From: a virus
Length of the DNA: 53,030 nucleotides
Reading direction: 5' to 3' (one strand)
Virus record (IMG/VR): IMGVR_UViG_3300012971_000007
Span: 1 to 53,030 of that record
Positions 17,392 to 26,520 of this stretch are shown piece by piece. Each line of letters starts with the position of its first letter. The first letter of the stretch is position 1. The notes under the pieces were generated by a model. It was not told where the DNA came from. It did not search any database and worked only from the letters and a program-made list of their open reading frames with translations. Position numbers and translations under genes: made by a program.

Positions 17392-19505
17392 CCGACGAAG
17401 AACTGTTGGCGAAGGGTGGCCAGGGACCTGATGCCGACGACGAAGAACTGCTGAACCGAAAACCGGGTTCGGACGCCCGTGGTCACGCCTACGATCCGCG
17501 CTTCGCTCCGACGCCCGAGGACGACCAAGAAGAACTGGCCCCTTCATCGAAGGCGGTGCTCTCGCGCGCCTTTACGCCGCAGAGTTACCAGGACGTTCAA
17601 GAAAGCCTGAAGCCGCCACAGCGACAGAAGCCGGCAGTCACCGAAGGTGGGCCAGCGCCGACCAGGGCGCAAGCATTCGTGCGGGGGCGTCTCCAGGGAA
17701 GCACGTTCGGCTTCGGCGATGAGCTGGCCGCCGCGATCGATGCGGGAGTCTCGCACGTCCCGGGTGTTAGATCCTTCGCTCAGATGTTCCAGGATTCCAG
17801 TCTACCGCCACTCACGAATTCCGATGTCAGCTACCAGGAGCGTCGCGATGCGTATCGCGCCAAGAACAAGGCCGCCGAGGAAGCGCACAAAGGATTCTAT
17901 ACGGCTGGCCAGATGGAAGGCGGCCTGGAGACCGCAAAGTTCATGCCGAGCATTGGGACCGGTATTCCTGGCGCAATCAAGACGGGCGGTCTTGCTGGCG
18001 CGCTGACCGGGCTCGGGGAATCTGAAGCCGAACTGTCGGGGACCAAGCCGTTGGGACCGGAATTGAAGCAAGCGGCATACGACACGGCGAAGTCCGGGAT
18101 CGCGGGCGGCATCGTCTCGGGCGTGCTGGCGAAGGGACTGGATGTCCTGTCGAAGCACGCCGTCAAGAACGCGCACGGCTGGGTCGCCAACGACGTGGCG
18201 GGGGATGTGCCGTCCGCCTCGACGCCCACGGCGCGCAAGCAGATGGCGGATGACGCGGTCAATGTTGCCAAGGTGGTGCGCAGCGACAAGCCACTGGATG
18301 ACGCGATCAACGCCGCCAGGGCCAACAACGCCGACGATATCAAGGCCGCGCAGGGCGTGGTCGCCGATCGCCTGAAATCTACCGGGGACAAACTGTCGCC
18401 TGGCTGGAAACAGGTCGACAAGTCTCTGCCGCAGCCGCTGACATCCGGGCGAGTAGTCGATCACCTGAACGAGCATGCCGGCGCCCTGGAAGCGACTGGC
18501 AACCGAACCGACAAGGTGGAAGCGGCGGCGGTGCGGCAGATCGCCGACGACGTCAAAACGGCGAAGGACTGGGGGGCGGCGAAGCAGACGTTCAATCCGA
18601 AACAGCCCGTCAGCAATGGAACATTCGCAGGGATGGAAACCGAGAAGGCGATCAAGGCCCTGGAGAAGATGAAGGACGTCGCGGAACAGACTGTCGATGC
18701 GCTGGAACCATGGAACGCCAAGGAAGGTGCACGGGGGCTGCCGGCAGAAGAACGCGCTGTGCGGCGCGCGGCTGCCGTTGCGCGAGTGGACGCGCTCGGC
18801 TCCGAGATCGACCGGCTGACGAAGGAAGCCACTAGCAGCGCATTCGACCCGGACCACGTTGTCTCAGTTGAACAACTGCAAAAGCTCTGGTCGGACCATG
18901 CCGGCATCGCCTATCAATCGCAGGGCGGGATCAATGGCACGGCGACGTTCAATCGACGGCTGGACGTGGCTTCTCACCTGCGCGATCTGCGCGATGAGAT
19001 CATGGGGGAAGCGGCGCAGACGAATCCGGCGGCGGTGGCACATATGCAGGTGAACCTGGCTAGGTACAGCGCGCTGAAGCGAATCGAACAGGTATTGGAT
19101 CAGCGAGCTAATGCAGCGAAGCGGGCCGGCAATCCAATGGTGCCGCAGTGGCTGTCTCATCTCGGACAGCACACCAGGGCGATTGGCGCGGGCGGCCTGA
19201 CCGCCTCGGCATATGCTGCCGCGCAGGGACACTACAAGACGGCGGCGCTACTCGCCGCACCGGCCGTCTATACCATGGGGCGCAGGGCAGTTGATCGTGG
19301 GATGGCCAATCTGATCGAGGCCGCGCCGGAATCAGCACAGGCGCGGGTGATTCTGCAACTGATCCAACAGGGCATCCCGAAGGCAGCGGCGATTCAGGCG
19401 GCGCGCAGCGTCGCGCCCGGCGGCATGCTGAGCCCAGTGATTGACCAGACCGTCGAGGGTGCGACGACCGCGGCAAAGTCTATCGTCGGCGGTGGCGAGC
19501 AGTGA
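17388..19505 (+). CDS. Internal virion / ejection-type protein (putative)
   Basis: 705 aa with an ATGA overlap. It carries Gly-zipper hydrophobic segments (GIPGAIKTGGLAGALTGLG, GIAGGIVSGVLAKG). Confidence 0.7.
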   Translation: MTDEELLAKGGQGPDADDEELLNRKPGSDARGHAYDPRFAPTPEDDQEELAPSSKAVLSRAFTPQSYQDVQESLKPPQRQKPAVTEGGPAPTRAQAFVRGRLQGSTFGFGDELAAAIDAGVSHVPGVRSFAQMFQDSSLPPLTNSDVSYQERRDAYRAKNKAAEEAHKGFYTAGQMEGGLETAKFMPSIGTGIPGAIKTGGLAGALTGLGESEAELSGTKPLGPELKQAAYDTAKSGIAGGIVSGVLAKGLDVLSKHAVKNAHGWVANDVAGDVPSASTPTARKQMADDAVNVAKVVRSDKPLDDAINAARANNADDIKAAQGVVADRLKSTGDKLSPGWKQVDKSLPQPLTSGRVVDHLNEHAGALEATGNRTDKVEAAAVRQIADDVKTAKDWGAAKQTFNPKQPVSNGTFAGMETEKAIKALEKMKDVAEQTVDALEPWNAKEGARGLPAEERAVRRAAAVARVDALGSEIDRLTKEATSSAFDPDHVVSVEQLQKLWSDHAGIAYQSQGGINGTATFNRRLDVASHLRDLRDEIMGEAAQTNPAAVAHMQVNLARYSALKRIEQVLDQRANAAKRAGNPMVPQWLSHLGQHTRAIGAGGLTASAYAAAQGHYKTAALLAAPAVYTMGRRAVDRGMANLIEAAPESAQARVILQLIQQGIPKAAAIQAARSVAPGGMLSPVIDQTVEGATTAAKSIVGGGEQ

Positions 19506-20344
19506 CGGGCGCGATCTCCCCCGAGGCGTTGCTAGGCGCGACCGGCATCGAAGGAATCCTTTCCGGCGATCCCGCCAAGATCACGGTCGGCGACAAGTCG
19601 AAGGCCGAAATGATGGCACGGGAGATTCGACGATCTCTCGTCCGCTTCATGACGGACCTGGACGATCTGAGGCCGATCCCAAAGATGAAGAAGTTCGATT
19701 ATGAAAAGGCGCTCAACCAAATCACCGATGCCGTGGTACCGGCAGACGGATCTGGGGCGCCGACCGTCAAGCCGGCCTTGATGGAGAAGATCGCCGGCTG
19801 CTTCCGTCCCGAAGATCACGATCTGGCCGCAGGCTACATGTCAAATGTCCAGCGTGTGCTACCGCACCTCCAGACCTTACTGCCCATCAACGTCGTGGTG
19901 ACGTCCGCGAAGCGAGTTAATTACGACCCGAGCGACTCGGAGATCTCTCACTTCCGGCGCGCCTATGACGTGGCGAATGATCCCATGGTCGTCTGCCGAG
20001 ACATGGAGCTGGGGATTCTCGTCGCGGATCAGTTGCTGCACCTCCAGGCGTGCTACCCACATGTCTACGAGAATCTCCAGCGCCAGCTCGGGGCGGCCGA
20101 AGTCGACGCTATCGCGCGCAAGAAGTCTTGGAAGCTTCCCTGGCGGCAGGAACGGATCGTCCAGATGGTCCTTGGGACCGACACCCTGAGCGAAGCGCTT
20201 GCCGTGGACCTGCAACGCAGCTTCATCGCCCAGGATCAGGCGAAGCCAGGACCGGCTCAGCCATCCGCCAGCGGTATCAGCAAGATCGCCACCATGGTAC
20301 AGCCCCAGACCCAGGCCGTCGCAGATGGCGATCTGCGCAAATAG
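19502..20344 (+). CDS. Hypothetical virion-module protein (280 aa)
   Basis: Track ORF with a GTGA overlap to the upstream gene. Confidence 0.7.
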   Translation: MTGAISPEALLGATGIEGILSGDPAKITVGDKSKAEMMAREIRRSLVRFMTDLDDLRPIPKMKKFDYEKALNQITDAVVPADGSGAPTVKPALMEKIAGCFRPEDHDLAAGYMSNVQRVLPHLQTLLPINVVVTSAKRVNYDPSDSEISHFRRAYDVANDPMVVCRDMELGILVADQLLHLQACYPHVYENLQRQLGAAEVDAIARKKSWKLPWRQERIVQMVLGTDTLSEALAVDLQRSFIAQDQAKPGPAQPSASGISKIATMVQPQTQAVADGDLRK

Positions 20345-20352
20345 GGTCAATT

Positions 20353-20381
20353 GTGCAGGGTACGGGCGGCGCATTGGCGTG
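20353..20381 (+). promoter_or_regulatory. Late intergenic cassette copy 4
   Basis: GTGCAGGGTA-cgggcggc-GCATTGGCGTG. Here the terminal GTG (20379) is out of frame with the tailspike ORF. Confidence 0.6.
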
Positions 20382-20386
20382 AGACC

Positions 20387-23300
20387 GTGCCGCGCCTGGA
20401 ACGCATCCAGCTAGACCGGCCAGGGGCGCCGACCACCGACGAGTTCAACCGCCTACAGACGGCGATTGAGCGGGCGCTGGGCGGTCTGGCCCGCCAGGCG
20501 GGCATCAACCCGTCGGCCGGGACCGGTGGCGGGGGTGGGGGTGGGGGCGGCGGCGGCTCTGGAGGCTTTCCGGGTCCGCCCGGTGCCGTGGTGTACGTTG
20601 GCCCGACTGGATTCGCGGCCTTCGATCAGCCGCACTTCTTCTGGGACGTCTCCACCCATCGCCTCGGGATCGGGACGACCACGCCCCGCGTGGCGCTGGA
20701 TCTTAATGGGACGATATACGAGAAGGGTCCGCGCGCCGACGTCCGGGCTTACGGGGCGAAGGGTGACGGCGTCACGGATGACACCGCAGCGTTCCAGTCG
20801 GCCCTGAACGCCTCGACCAACGTTTATATCCCGGCTGGCAACTACATCATCTCGAACCTGACGATCACGACAGACGGCACACGCATGTACGGGGACGGCG
20901 AGCTGTCGCTGATGACGATGCTGCCGGGCGCCACCGGCCCGATGATCGCGACGGGCGCTCAGAGGGCAACCCTCGAATCCTTTCGCCTCTTCGGCGGGAT
21001 CATTACCTCGATGAACGGCGTCAGCTCGCCGCCCGCTGATCGCAGCGGGATCTTCATGAACACCCAGTTCAACTCGCATTTTCTGAACCTGACGATCCAC
21101 GGGTTCGGAACGGACGCGATCGCGCAGACCGGCGGCGGTGGTGATCGGCAGTCGCACGCCATCCTGGAGAACTTGTCGCTCTATAACTGCTGGCTCGGAC
21201 TCGGGATGGATGCGGTGAACACGGAATACACCCGCGTCTCGAACGTCGATATCCACGACTGCTACTACGGGCTCTCGCTGCGAGCCGGCAATGTCACGAT
21301 CTCTAACTCCAAGATCAACGACAACCATTTTGGCTTCTATCTCTACGGCACTGGGAACATCAACAACGGGCACGGCAACATGCTCGGCTGCCTGCTGAAC
21401 CACAACGCGGAGGCCGTGCACGCCGAGGACATCACGATCGGCTTCAACATCATCGGCTGCAACGCCTTCGCTGGCGACATCGTCTTCAAGAATTCCCAAG
21501 GCGTTCACATCGAAGAGAGCATTGTCGACGTCGACAACTATTACTTCGACGGAGGCGGGAACAACTACATCCGGTTCAACTACATCCAGAACGGCAACGC
21601 GAACGTCATTCACCACAACTTCAACGGGCACGCCGACAGCACATTCATGATCGACAACTGGATCAACGGCGGCACGTTCCTGGACAGCAATCGGTACCTC
21701 TTTGCAGCCGCGACGATCCCGACTGGCAATGTGACATTCGGATCGGGCGGCGGCGCCGGGAATCAGCTCACCAGCTCCAACTCGTTCAACTGGAACAACG
21801 GCACTGGGACGCTGTCCATCACCAACCTTACGGTGACGGGACTGGGGGCGCCCGGCGGCGTTGTTCAGGCGACGGTTGGAACGGGCGCGCTGGCGTCGGT
21901 CAACATCGGCACAGACCTGGTGCCGTACGGAGCGGCCAGCGGGGGCGGCCTGACGACGCTGTCAACGTTCGGGTTCAATCACACAAATCAGACATTGGCG
22001 GTCGGGATCGCGTCGGCAAGCGCTGCATCCTATGCGCGCGTGCACGCCAACGGCACCAGCACCGCGGGAGTCGACATCGTCATCCAGAACACCAGCAACG
22101 GAACGCACGCCTTTAGCGAGCTGCAATTCATCAACGACGCGAACCGACTGGGATCGCTTTACTGGACGTCGTCGACCTACACCGGGATCGATGCCATCCC
22201 GAACGTGTTCGTGTGGTGGTGCGATGCCTCGTCCAATGGCGTTCTGTTCTCCCCGAAGGGGATCCAGACGCTCTATGCCGATGGCAGCGGGGACATCTTT
22301 CTGCCGAGGGCCGCCACGCAATCGATCACGAAGACCGGCAGCGGGGACATGCAGCTTTCGAATACCGCCGGTGGCCAGATCAAGGTCCCGTCGAACAACC
22401 TGCTGTTCACCTCGGGCGGATCGCAGCTCGTAGAGAAGCAAGGGGGCGGCTCCTTCTTCATCGGCACCCAGCCTGCATTGCTGCTCGGGCTCTACACGAA
22501 CAACACCGATCGCCTGGACTTCCTGAGCACGGGCGAGACGCGCTTCTACAACGTCCCTGCGATGACCTTCTCGACGGCGGGCGGCAGCGGATTGGCGGCG
22601 ACGGCGCCGACGATGGTCGAATGGTCGATGACGCCGGCCTCGATCGCCAGCGCTGCCAGCCTGAACGCCCTGCACGCCTGGGATGCTGTCACGCTGACGC
22701 TGACGGGCACGACCCATCACACGGGAACGAACCTCGCGCTGGCGAAGTTCTACGCGCCGACCGTAACGGATGCATCGGCGGTCACAGTGGACACCATGGC
22801 GACACTGGCGATCGGTGGAGCGCCCGTAGCGGCCGGTTCGGTCACGCTGACGAACCCTCTCGCCCTCGACATCCAGTCTGGTGCGTGGACGCACGATAAC
22901 GCCACGGGTGCCAACTTCGAATGGGTCCGCGCCTTCTGGTCTTCGAACATCTGGAACCTCAAAAGCGAGAAGGGCGGCACGGGAACAGTACGATCGATCG
23001 TCATCGACACCACCGCGGGAACGGCTGATATCACGGTCAAGGCCGGCAATAATATCAATCTCAATGGCGCCACGGCCGTCAATCTCTACACAGCGCTCGG
23101 AACCAATCCCGACATCCTGATGACGACGACCCAGACGCAGCATCGCGCCAGCATGACCGTTGCGAGTGCAGCCGGGGCGATCTGGGACGGGATCGGTTTC
23201 AACAACACGACGCTAACGCTCAGCGGGAGCGCGCACGTCACGAATACGTCGGGGATCAACATGGTCGCCATGACTGGCCCGACGATCAATGGCACGCTGA

Positions 23301-23566
23301 CGGTCGATTTCGCGTCGACCCTGGCGATCTATTCGGCGCCCGTGGCGGGGACGGCAACGCTCACCAATAGATACGGCCTTTGGGTCCAGGCGCTCTCGCG
23401 CTTTGATGGCGACGGGACAGCGGTGCTGACTGTGGCAACGACGGCAAATGGTGCTGTGGCCACAGCAATGACCAGCCTTGGACCGACCGGATCCCACACG
23501 ACGATTCAGGAATGGCTGGCCGTTCGCAACCAGGCCGGGACCGTCCGCTACATCCCGATGTTCTAG
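20387..23566 (+). CDS. Tailspike with a pectate-lyase-type right-handed beta-helix (alternative start TTG 20351)
   Basis: Contains DVRAYGAKGDGVTDDTAAFQSALNASTNVYIPAGNYIISNL and a repetitive N/G/I-rich body. The N-terminal poly-Gly linker is GTGGGGGGGGGGGSGG. Confidence 0.85.
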   Translation: MPRLERIQLDRPGAPTTDEFNRLQTAIERALGGLARQAGINPSAGTGGGGGGGGGGGSGGFPGPPGAVVYVGPTGFAAFDQPHFFWDVSTHRLGIGTTTPRVALDLNGTIYEKGPRADVRAYGAKGDGVTDDTAAFQSALNASTNVYIPAGNYIISNLTITTDGTRMYGDGELSLMTMLPGATGPMIATGAQRATLESFRLFGGIITSMNGVSSPPADRSGIFMNTQFNSHFLNLTIHGFGTDAIAQTGGGGDRQSHAILENLSLYNCWLGLGMDAVNTEYTRVSNVDIHDCYYGLSLRAGNVTISNSKINDNHFGFYLYGTGNINNGHGNMLGCLLNHNAEAVHAEDITIGFNIIGCNAFAGDIVFKNSQGVHIEESIVDVDNYYFDGGGNNYIRFNYIQNGNANVIHHNFNGHADSTFMIDNWINGGTFLDSNRYLFAAATIPTGNVTFGSGGGAGNQLTSSNSFNWNNGTGTLSITNLTVTGLGAPGGVVQATVGTGALASVNIGTDLVPYGAASGGGLTTLSTFGFNHTNQTLAVGIASASAASYARVHANGTSTAGVDIVIQNTSNGTHAFSELQFINDANRLGSLYWTSSTYTGIDAIPNVFVWWCDASSNGVLFSPKGIQTLYADGSGDIFLPRAATQSITKTGSGDMQLSNTAGGQIKVPSNNLLFTSGGSQLVEKQGGGSFFIGTQPALLLGLYTNNTDRLDFLSTGETRFYNVPAMTFSTAGGSGLAATAPTMVEWSMTPASIASAASLNALHAWDAVTLTLTGTTHHTGTNLALAKFYAPTVTDASAVTVDTMATLAIGGAPVAAGSVTLTNPLALDIQSGAWTHDNATGANFEWVRAFWSSNIWNLKSEKGGTGTVRSIVIDTTAGTADITVKAGNNINLNGATAVNLYTALGTNPDILMTTTQTQHRASMTVASAAGAIWDGIGFNNTTLTLSGSAHVTNTSGINMVAMTGPTINGTLTVDFASTLAIYSAPVAGTATLTNRYGLWVQALSRFDGDGTAVLTVATTANGAVATAMTSLGPTGSHTTIQEWLAVRNQAGTVRYIPMF

Positions 23567-23574
23567 GAGGAGAC

Positions 23575-23961
23575 ATGAAATTCGGCATCACGAAGTTCGA
23601 ACAGATGGCAGCAGTTGGGCATCTTGTTCAACTGCCATCTCCGAACCCAGAGTACGGACGAAAGCGACTGCGGGCCTGGGACGAGCTGGGGGTGGCTGAC
23701 CTGGCCGACGAGTGGGCCGCTGCGGCGAGTGGAACGGGCCCTGCCCCGCAGGCCGCGGGCTGGACGGATCGGAAGACTCTGCACCTGGTCGACCTGTCGC
23801 CTGACATCGTCGACCATCTGATCTCGCAGTTCGGCGTCCAGGTGGCGGGCATCTGGGCCGACACGCTGCTGCGGTTGCGGGAACGCCTCGAACAGCTCCG
23901 GGATAAGAAGTACAAGCTGCCAGATGAATTGCGGCAGGCGCCGCGGGCGGTGGCGGGATGA
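23575..23961 (+). CDS. Hypothetical protein (128 aa)
   Basis: ATG preceded by taggaggag. Confidence 0.7.
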   Translation: MKFGITKFEQMAAVGHLVQLPSPNPEYGRKRLRAWDELGVADLADEWAAAASGTGPAPQAAGWTDRKTLHLVDLSPDIVDHLISQFGVQVAGIWADTLLRLRERLEQLRDKKYKLPDELRQAPRAVAG

Positions 23962-24338
23962 CGATCAGTCTCACTTCGCCGCTCAATCAGGCAAACATCG
24001 TCGGCTGGCGGGTTCTGGCGTTCGATGTGAACACCGGGATCGTGGTCGTACGCTTCGGCGGCCCCGGTGGCAATCAGTCGATCGACATCTCGTGCATCTT
24101 GTCCGACACGGCCGGTGCTTCTTCTGGTCCGATCGTCAATCCGAGTCCGTTCCATTGGGACGATCGGGTCATCGTGCAGACGCCTTCTCGTGGCGCGGGC
24201 GGTGTCGGGGCCGCCAGCTCGCTGACGAACGCCCGCAATGCATACCGCGCTGCCGCCAGTCACGGCGCCGGCCTGAAGGCTATCGAACAGCAGGCGCTGG
24301 TCGATGGATGGGTGGATGCGGCCCTGACGGGGACTTGA
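23958..24338 (+). CDS. Hypothetical protein (126 aa)
   Basis: Track ORF with an ATGA overlap. Confidence 0.65.
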   Translation: MTISLTSPLNQANIVGWRVLAFDVNTGIVVVRFGGPGGNQSIDISCILSDTAGASSGPIVNPSPFHWDDRVIVQTPSRGAGGVGAASSLTNARNAYRAAASHGAGLKAIEQQALVDGWVDAALTGT

Positions 24339-24565
24339 TGACATGGCACCACGTCGCCGCCCTGCTGATTGCCGCTGCCATGGTGATCGCCTGCGGCATC
24401 TCCGAGCGGTGCCAGACCAGCTTCCCGGCTGTCGTGCAGCTCGCCACGGTGATCGTGGCAGGCGCCTTTGGTCACGCTGGCGCCGGCATGCGCGCCAGAC
24501 GGCAGGCCGACAACTATCACAGCTCTCAGCTCGATGGAGACAGTAACCCAGGAGTGAAACGATGA
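24338..24565 (+). CDS. Holin candidate (75 aa, two TM segments, charged C-terminus)
   Basis: Hydrophobic runs VAALLIAAAMVIACGI and FPAVVQLATVIVAGAFG are followed by RARRQAD. TGATG overlap. Confidence 0.5.
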   Translation: MTWHHVAALLIAAAMVIACGISERCQTSFPAVVQLATVIVAGAFGHAGAGMRARRQADNYHSSQLDGDSNPGVKR

Positions 24566-24807
24566 AGACGATGCCGAAATGGGCGACCAGAACACTGGCC
24601 GCCGTCATCCTGATCGCGACCTACTTCGACCAGCACATGCAGTTGATCCCGCCTGGCCTGCGGGTATTCCACGTCAGCGTCGCCGGGCTGGCGCATGCCG
24701 CCGCCGTAGCGTTCGCAGCGCTGGGCCTGAGCGGCCCGGCGCTTTGGCCTGGGCTGGCATCTCTGCTCGGGAACCCGCCTGCCGCCACGCCGAAAGCCAC
24801 GCAGTGA
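24562..24807 (+). CDS. Membrane protein (81 aa), second holin/antiholin candidate
   Basis: Hydrophobic runs TLAAVILIATYF and VSVAGLAHAAAVAFAALGL. ATGA overlap. Confidence 0.5.
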   Translation: MKTMPKWATRTLAAVILIATYFDQHMQLIPPGLRVFHVSVAGLAHAAAVAFAALGLSGPALWPGLASLLGNPPAATPKATQ

Positions 24808-25019
24808 CCAGGCTCGCCGACGCCGCCCTGGTGGCCGCCTTCGGCGCGCTCGTCTACGTGACGGCGCTGCTGTTCTCGGGCTGCTACCACGGCAACCCGC
24901 CCACCCCGAACGATCCGACGGCGCCGCCGCCGGCAGTCGATCTGCCGCGCGATCCGCTCGCGCCGCCCTTCACGCCCTTCTACCAACGCACCGATGGAGG
25001 AACCAATGACTCTCGCTAG
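24804..25019 (+). CDS. Proline-rich small lipoprotein, o-spanin-like
   Basis: GTGA overlap and lipobox LLFSGC. The mature part is Pro-rich (NPPTPNDPTAPPPAVDLPRDPLAPPFTPF). Confidence 0.5.
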   Translation: MTRLADAALVAAFGALVYVTALLFSGCYHGNPPTPNDPTAPPPAVDLPRDPLAPPFTPFYQRTDGGTNDSR

Positions 25020-25317
25020 AACCTTGGCCCTGCTCGCTGTCTTCCTGGCGCTCCCAACCTGCGCGCATGTCACACCCGTGGTCAAAGACTGCGGGGCCGA
25101 GACCGTTGCGGGCCTTCTAGGAGCCGTCAACAACGCCCTCGCCACCGGGGACTACGAGGCAGAGCTGGCCAAGCTGATCGGGCAATTCGGCGAATGCGCG
25201 ATCGTGGCGGCGGTCAAGCAGATCGCGGGCGATTCGGCGGTCAACGCTCAGGTCGACACGCTTGAAGCCCAGAAACAACAGCGCGCCAAGGCGTGGCTGG
25301 CGGCGCACGGTGGCTGA
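25006..25317 (+). CDS. Secreted or membrane-anchored protein (103 aa), spanin partner candidate
   Basis: ggagg lies 5 nt before ATG 25006. The signal-like N-terminus is MTLARTLALLAVFLALPTC. Confidence 0.55.
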   Translation: MTLARTLALLAVFLALPTCAHVTPVVKDCGAETVAGLLGAVNNALATGDYEAELAKLIGQFGECAIVAAVKQIAGDSAVNAQVDTLEAQKQQRAKAWLAAHGG

Positions 25318-25318
25318 C

Positions 25319-25825
25319 GTGAGTAGACCGATCCCGATTGAAGATCGCGTCTGGAAGTTCGTCGACAAGCGCCCCGGTGGCTGCTGGATCTGGACAGGCG
25401 CTCTGGTAAATGGTTATGGGCGTGTCAGCTATCGGCGCAAATCGATGCTGGCGACGCGGGTGGTCTGGTTGCTGACCAGGGGGACCATCCCGGATGGCAT
25501 GGAGCTTTGCCACAACTGTCCCGGTGGAGATAACCGGGCGTGCGTCAACCCGGACCATCTGTTCATCGGTGAGCATGCCGACAACATGCGCGATGCCAAG
25601 GACAAGGGGACCATGTCACGCGGACTCGCGCATTCGGCGATCATGTTGCCGCTTGTTCAGCATGGCGAGCAACGGCCGCTGGCAAAGCTTACGGACGCCC
25701 ACGTTCGCGAAATGCGCCATCGCGCTGGTCATGGCGAATCGTGCGCATCGTTGGCGCGCGAATTTGGCGTTCACCGAAACACCGCGCAGAAGGCCATCAC
25801 CGGGCGAACCTGGAGGCATCTATGA
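25319..25825 (+). CDS. HNH homing endonuclease
   Basis: Contains CWIWTGALVNGYGRVSY...ATRVVWLLTRGTIPDGMELCHNCPGGDNRACVNPDHLFIGEHADN, the classic phage HNH_3 pattern. Confidence 0.85.
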   Translation: MSRPIPIEDRVWKFVDKRPGGCWIWTGALVNGYGRVSYRRKSMLATRVVWLLTRGTIPDGMELCHNCPGGDNRACVNPDHLFIGEHADNMRDAKDKGTMSRGLAHSAIMLPLVQHGEQRPLAKLTDAHVREMRHRAGHGESCASLAREFGVHRNTAQKAITGRTWRHL

Positions 25826-26520
25826 CGCAGATTTGCATCGTAAATCGGTCGGGACTTGGAAAACCCGACTGCGCCTTCATCGCCAACGCCTGCAACCAGC
25901 AGATGACGGAAGCGGCGCAGGCGTGGGGCGTGGAACCGACGCCCGTGGTCTTCTACGACACGGCCGACGGGCTGCCGCCGATCGAGTGCCGGATCATGGT
26001 GATCGTGGATTCGCTCGACGAACCGGGCGCCCTCGGATACCACACCGACGAGCTGGGCGACATCTTCGCGCGCGTCTTGAACCAGGGACCGGTCGACACC
26101 TGCACGACCGTGTCCCACGAATGCCTGGAGATGCTGGTGGACCCGGAATGTACGGCCTGGCGACCGGCGGGGATGTCGGGGCGGGAAGTGGCGCTGGAGG
26201 TGTGTGATCCCGTCCAGGCCGACAGCTACCCGATCGGGGCGACGATCGCGGGCGAGACGCGCCAGATGATGGTGTCGAACTACGTCCTGCCGCGCTGGTT
26301 CGACCCGGCTGGAGTAGGCGCTTTCGACGCCATGCTGAAGCTGGATGCCCCACTGTCGATGTCGGCGGGCGGCTACGAGATCGTCCGCGACTCGGACGGG
26401 AACCGGTTCGACATCTTCGCCCGGACCAGGTTGGGCGACAACGACGCCAAGGTGAACGTGGCGATGAAGATCGCCCGCAAGGGTTCGCGCACCCTGCGCC
26501 GGCTGCGAGGTGGCAAGTGA
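25822..26520 (+). CDS. Hypothetical protein (232 aa)
   Basis: ATGA overlap. Conserved-looking GALGYHTD and SHECLEMLVDPE are present, but no family is recognised. Confidence 0.65.
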   Translation: MTQICIVNRSGLGKPDCAFIANACNQQMTEAAQAWGVEPTPVVFYDTADGLPPIECRIMVIVDSLDEPGALGYHTDELGDIFARVLNQGPVDTCTTVSHECLEMLVDPECTAWRPAGMSGREVALEVCDPVQADSYPIGATIAGETRQMMVSNYVLPRWFDPAGVGAFDAMLKLDAPLSMSAGGYEIVRDSDGNRFDIFARTRLGDNDAKVNVAMKIARKGSRTLRRLRGGK

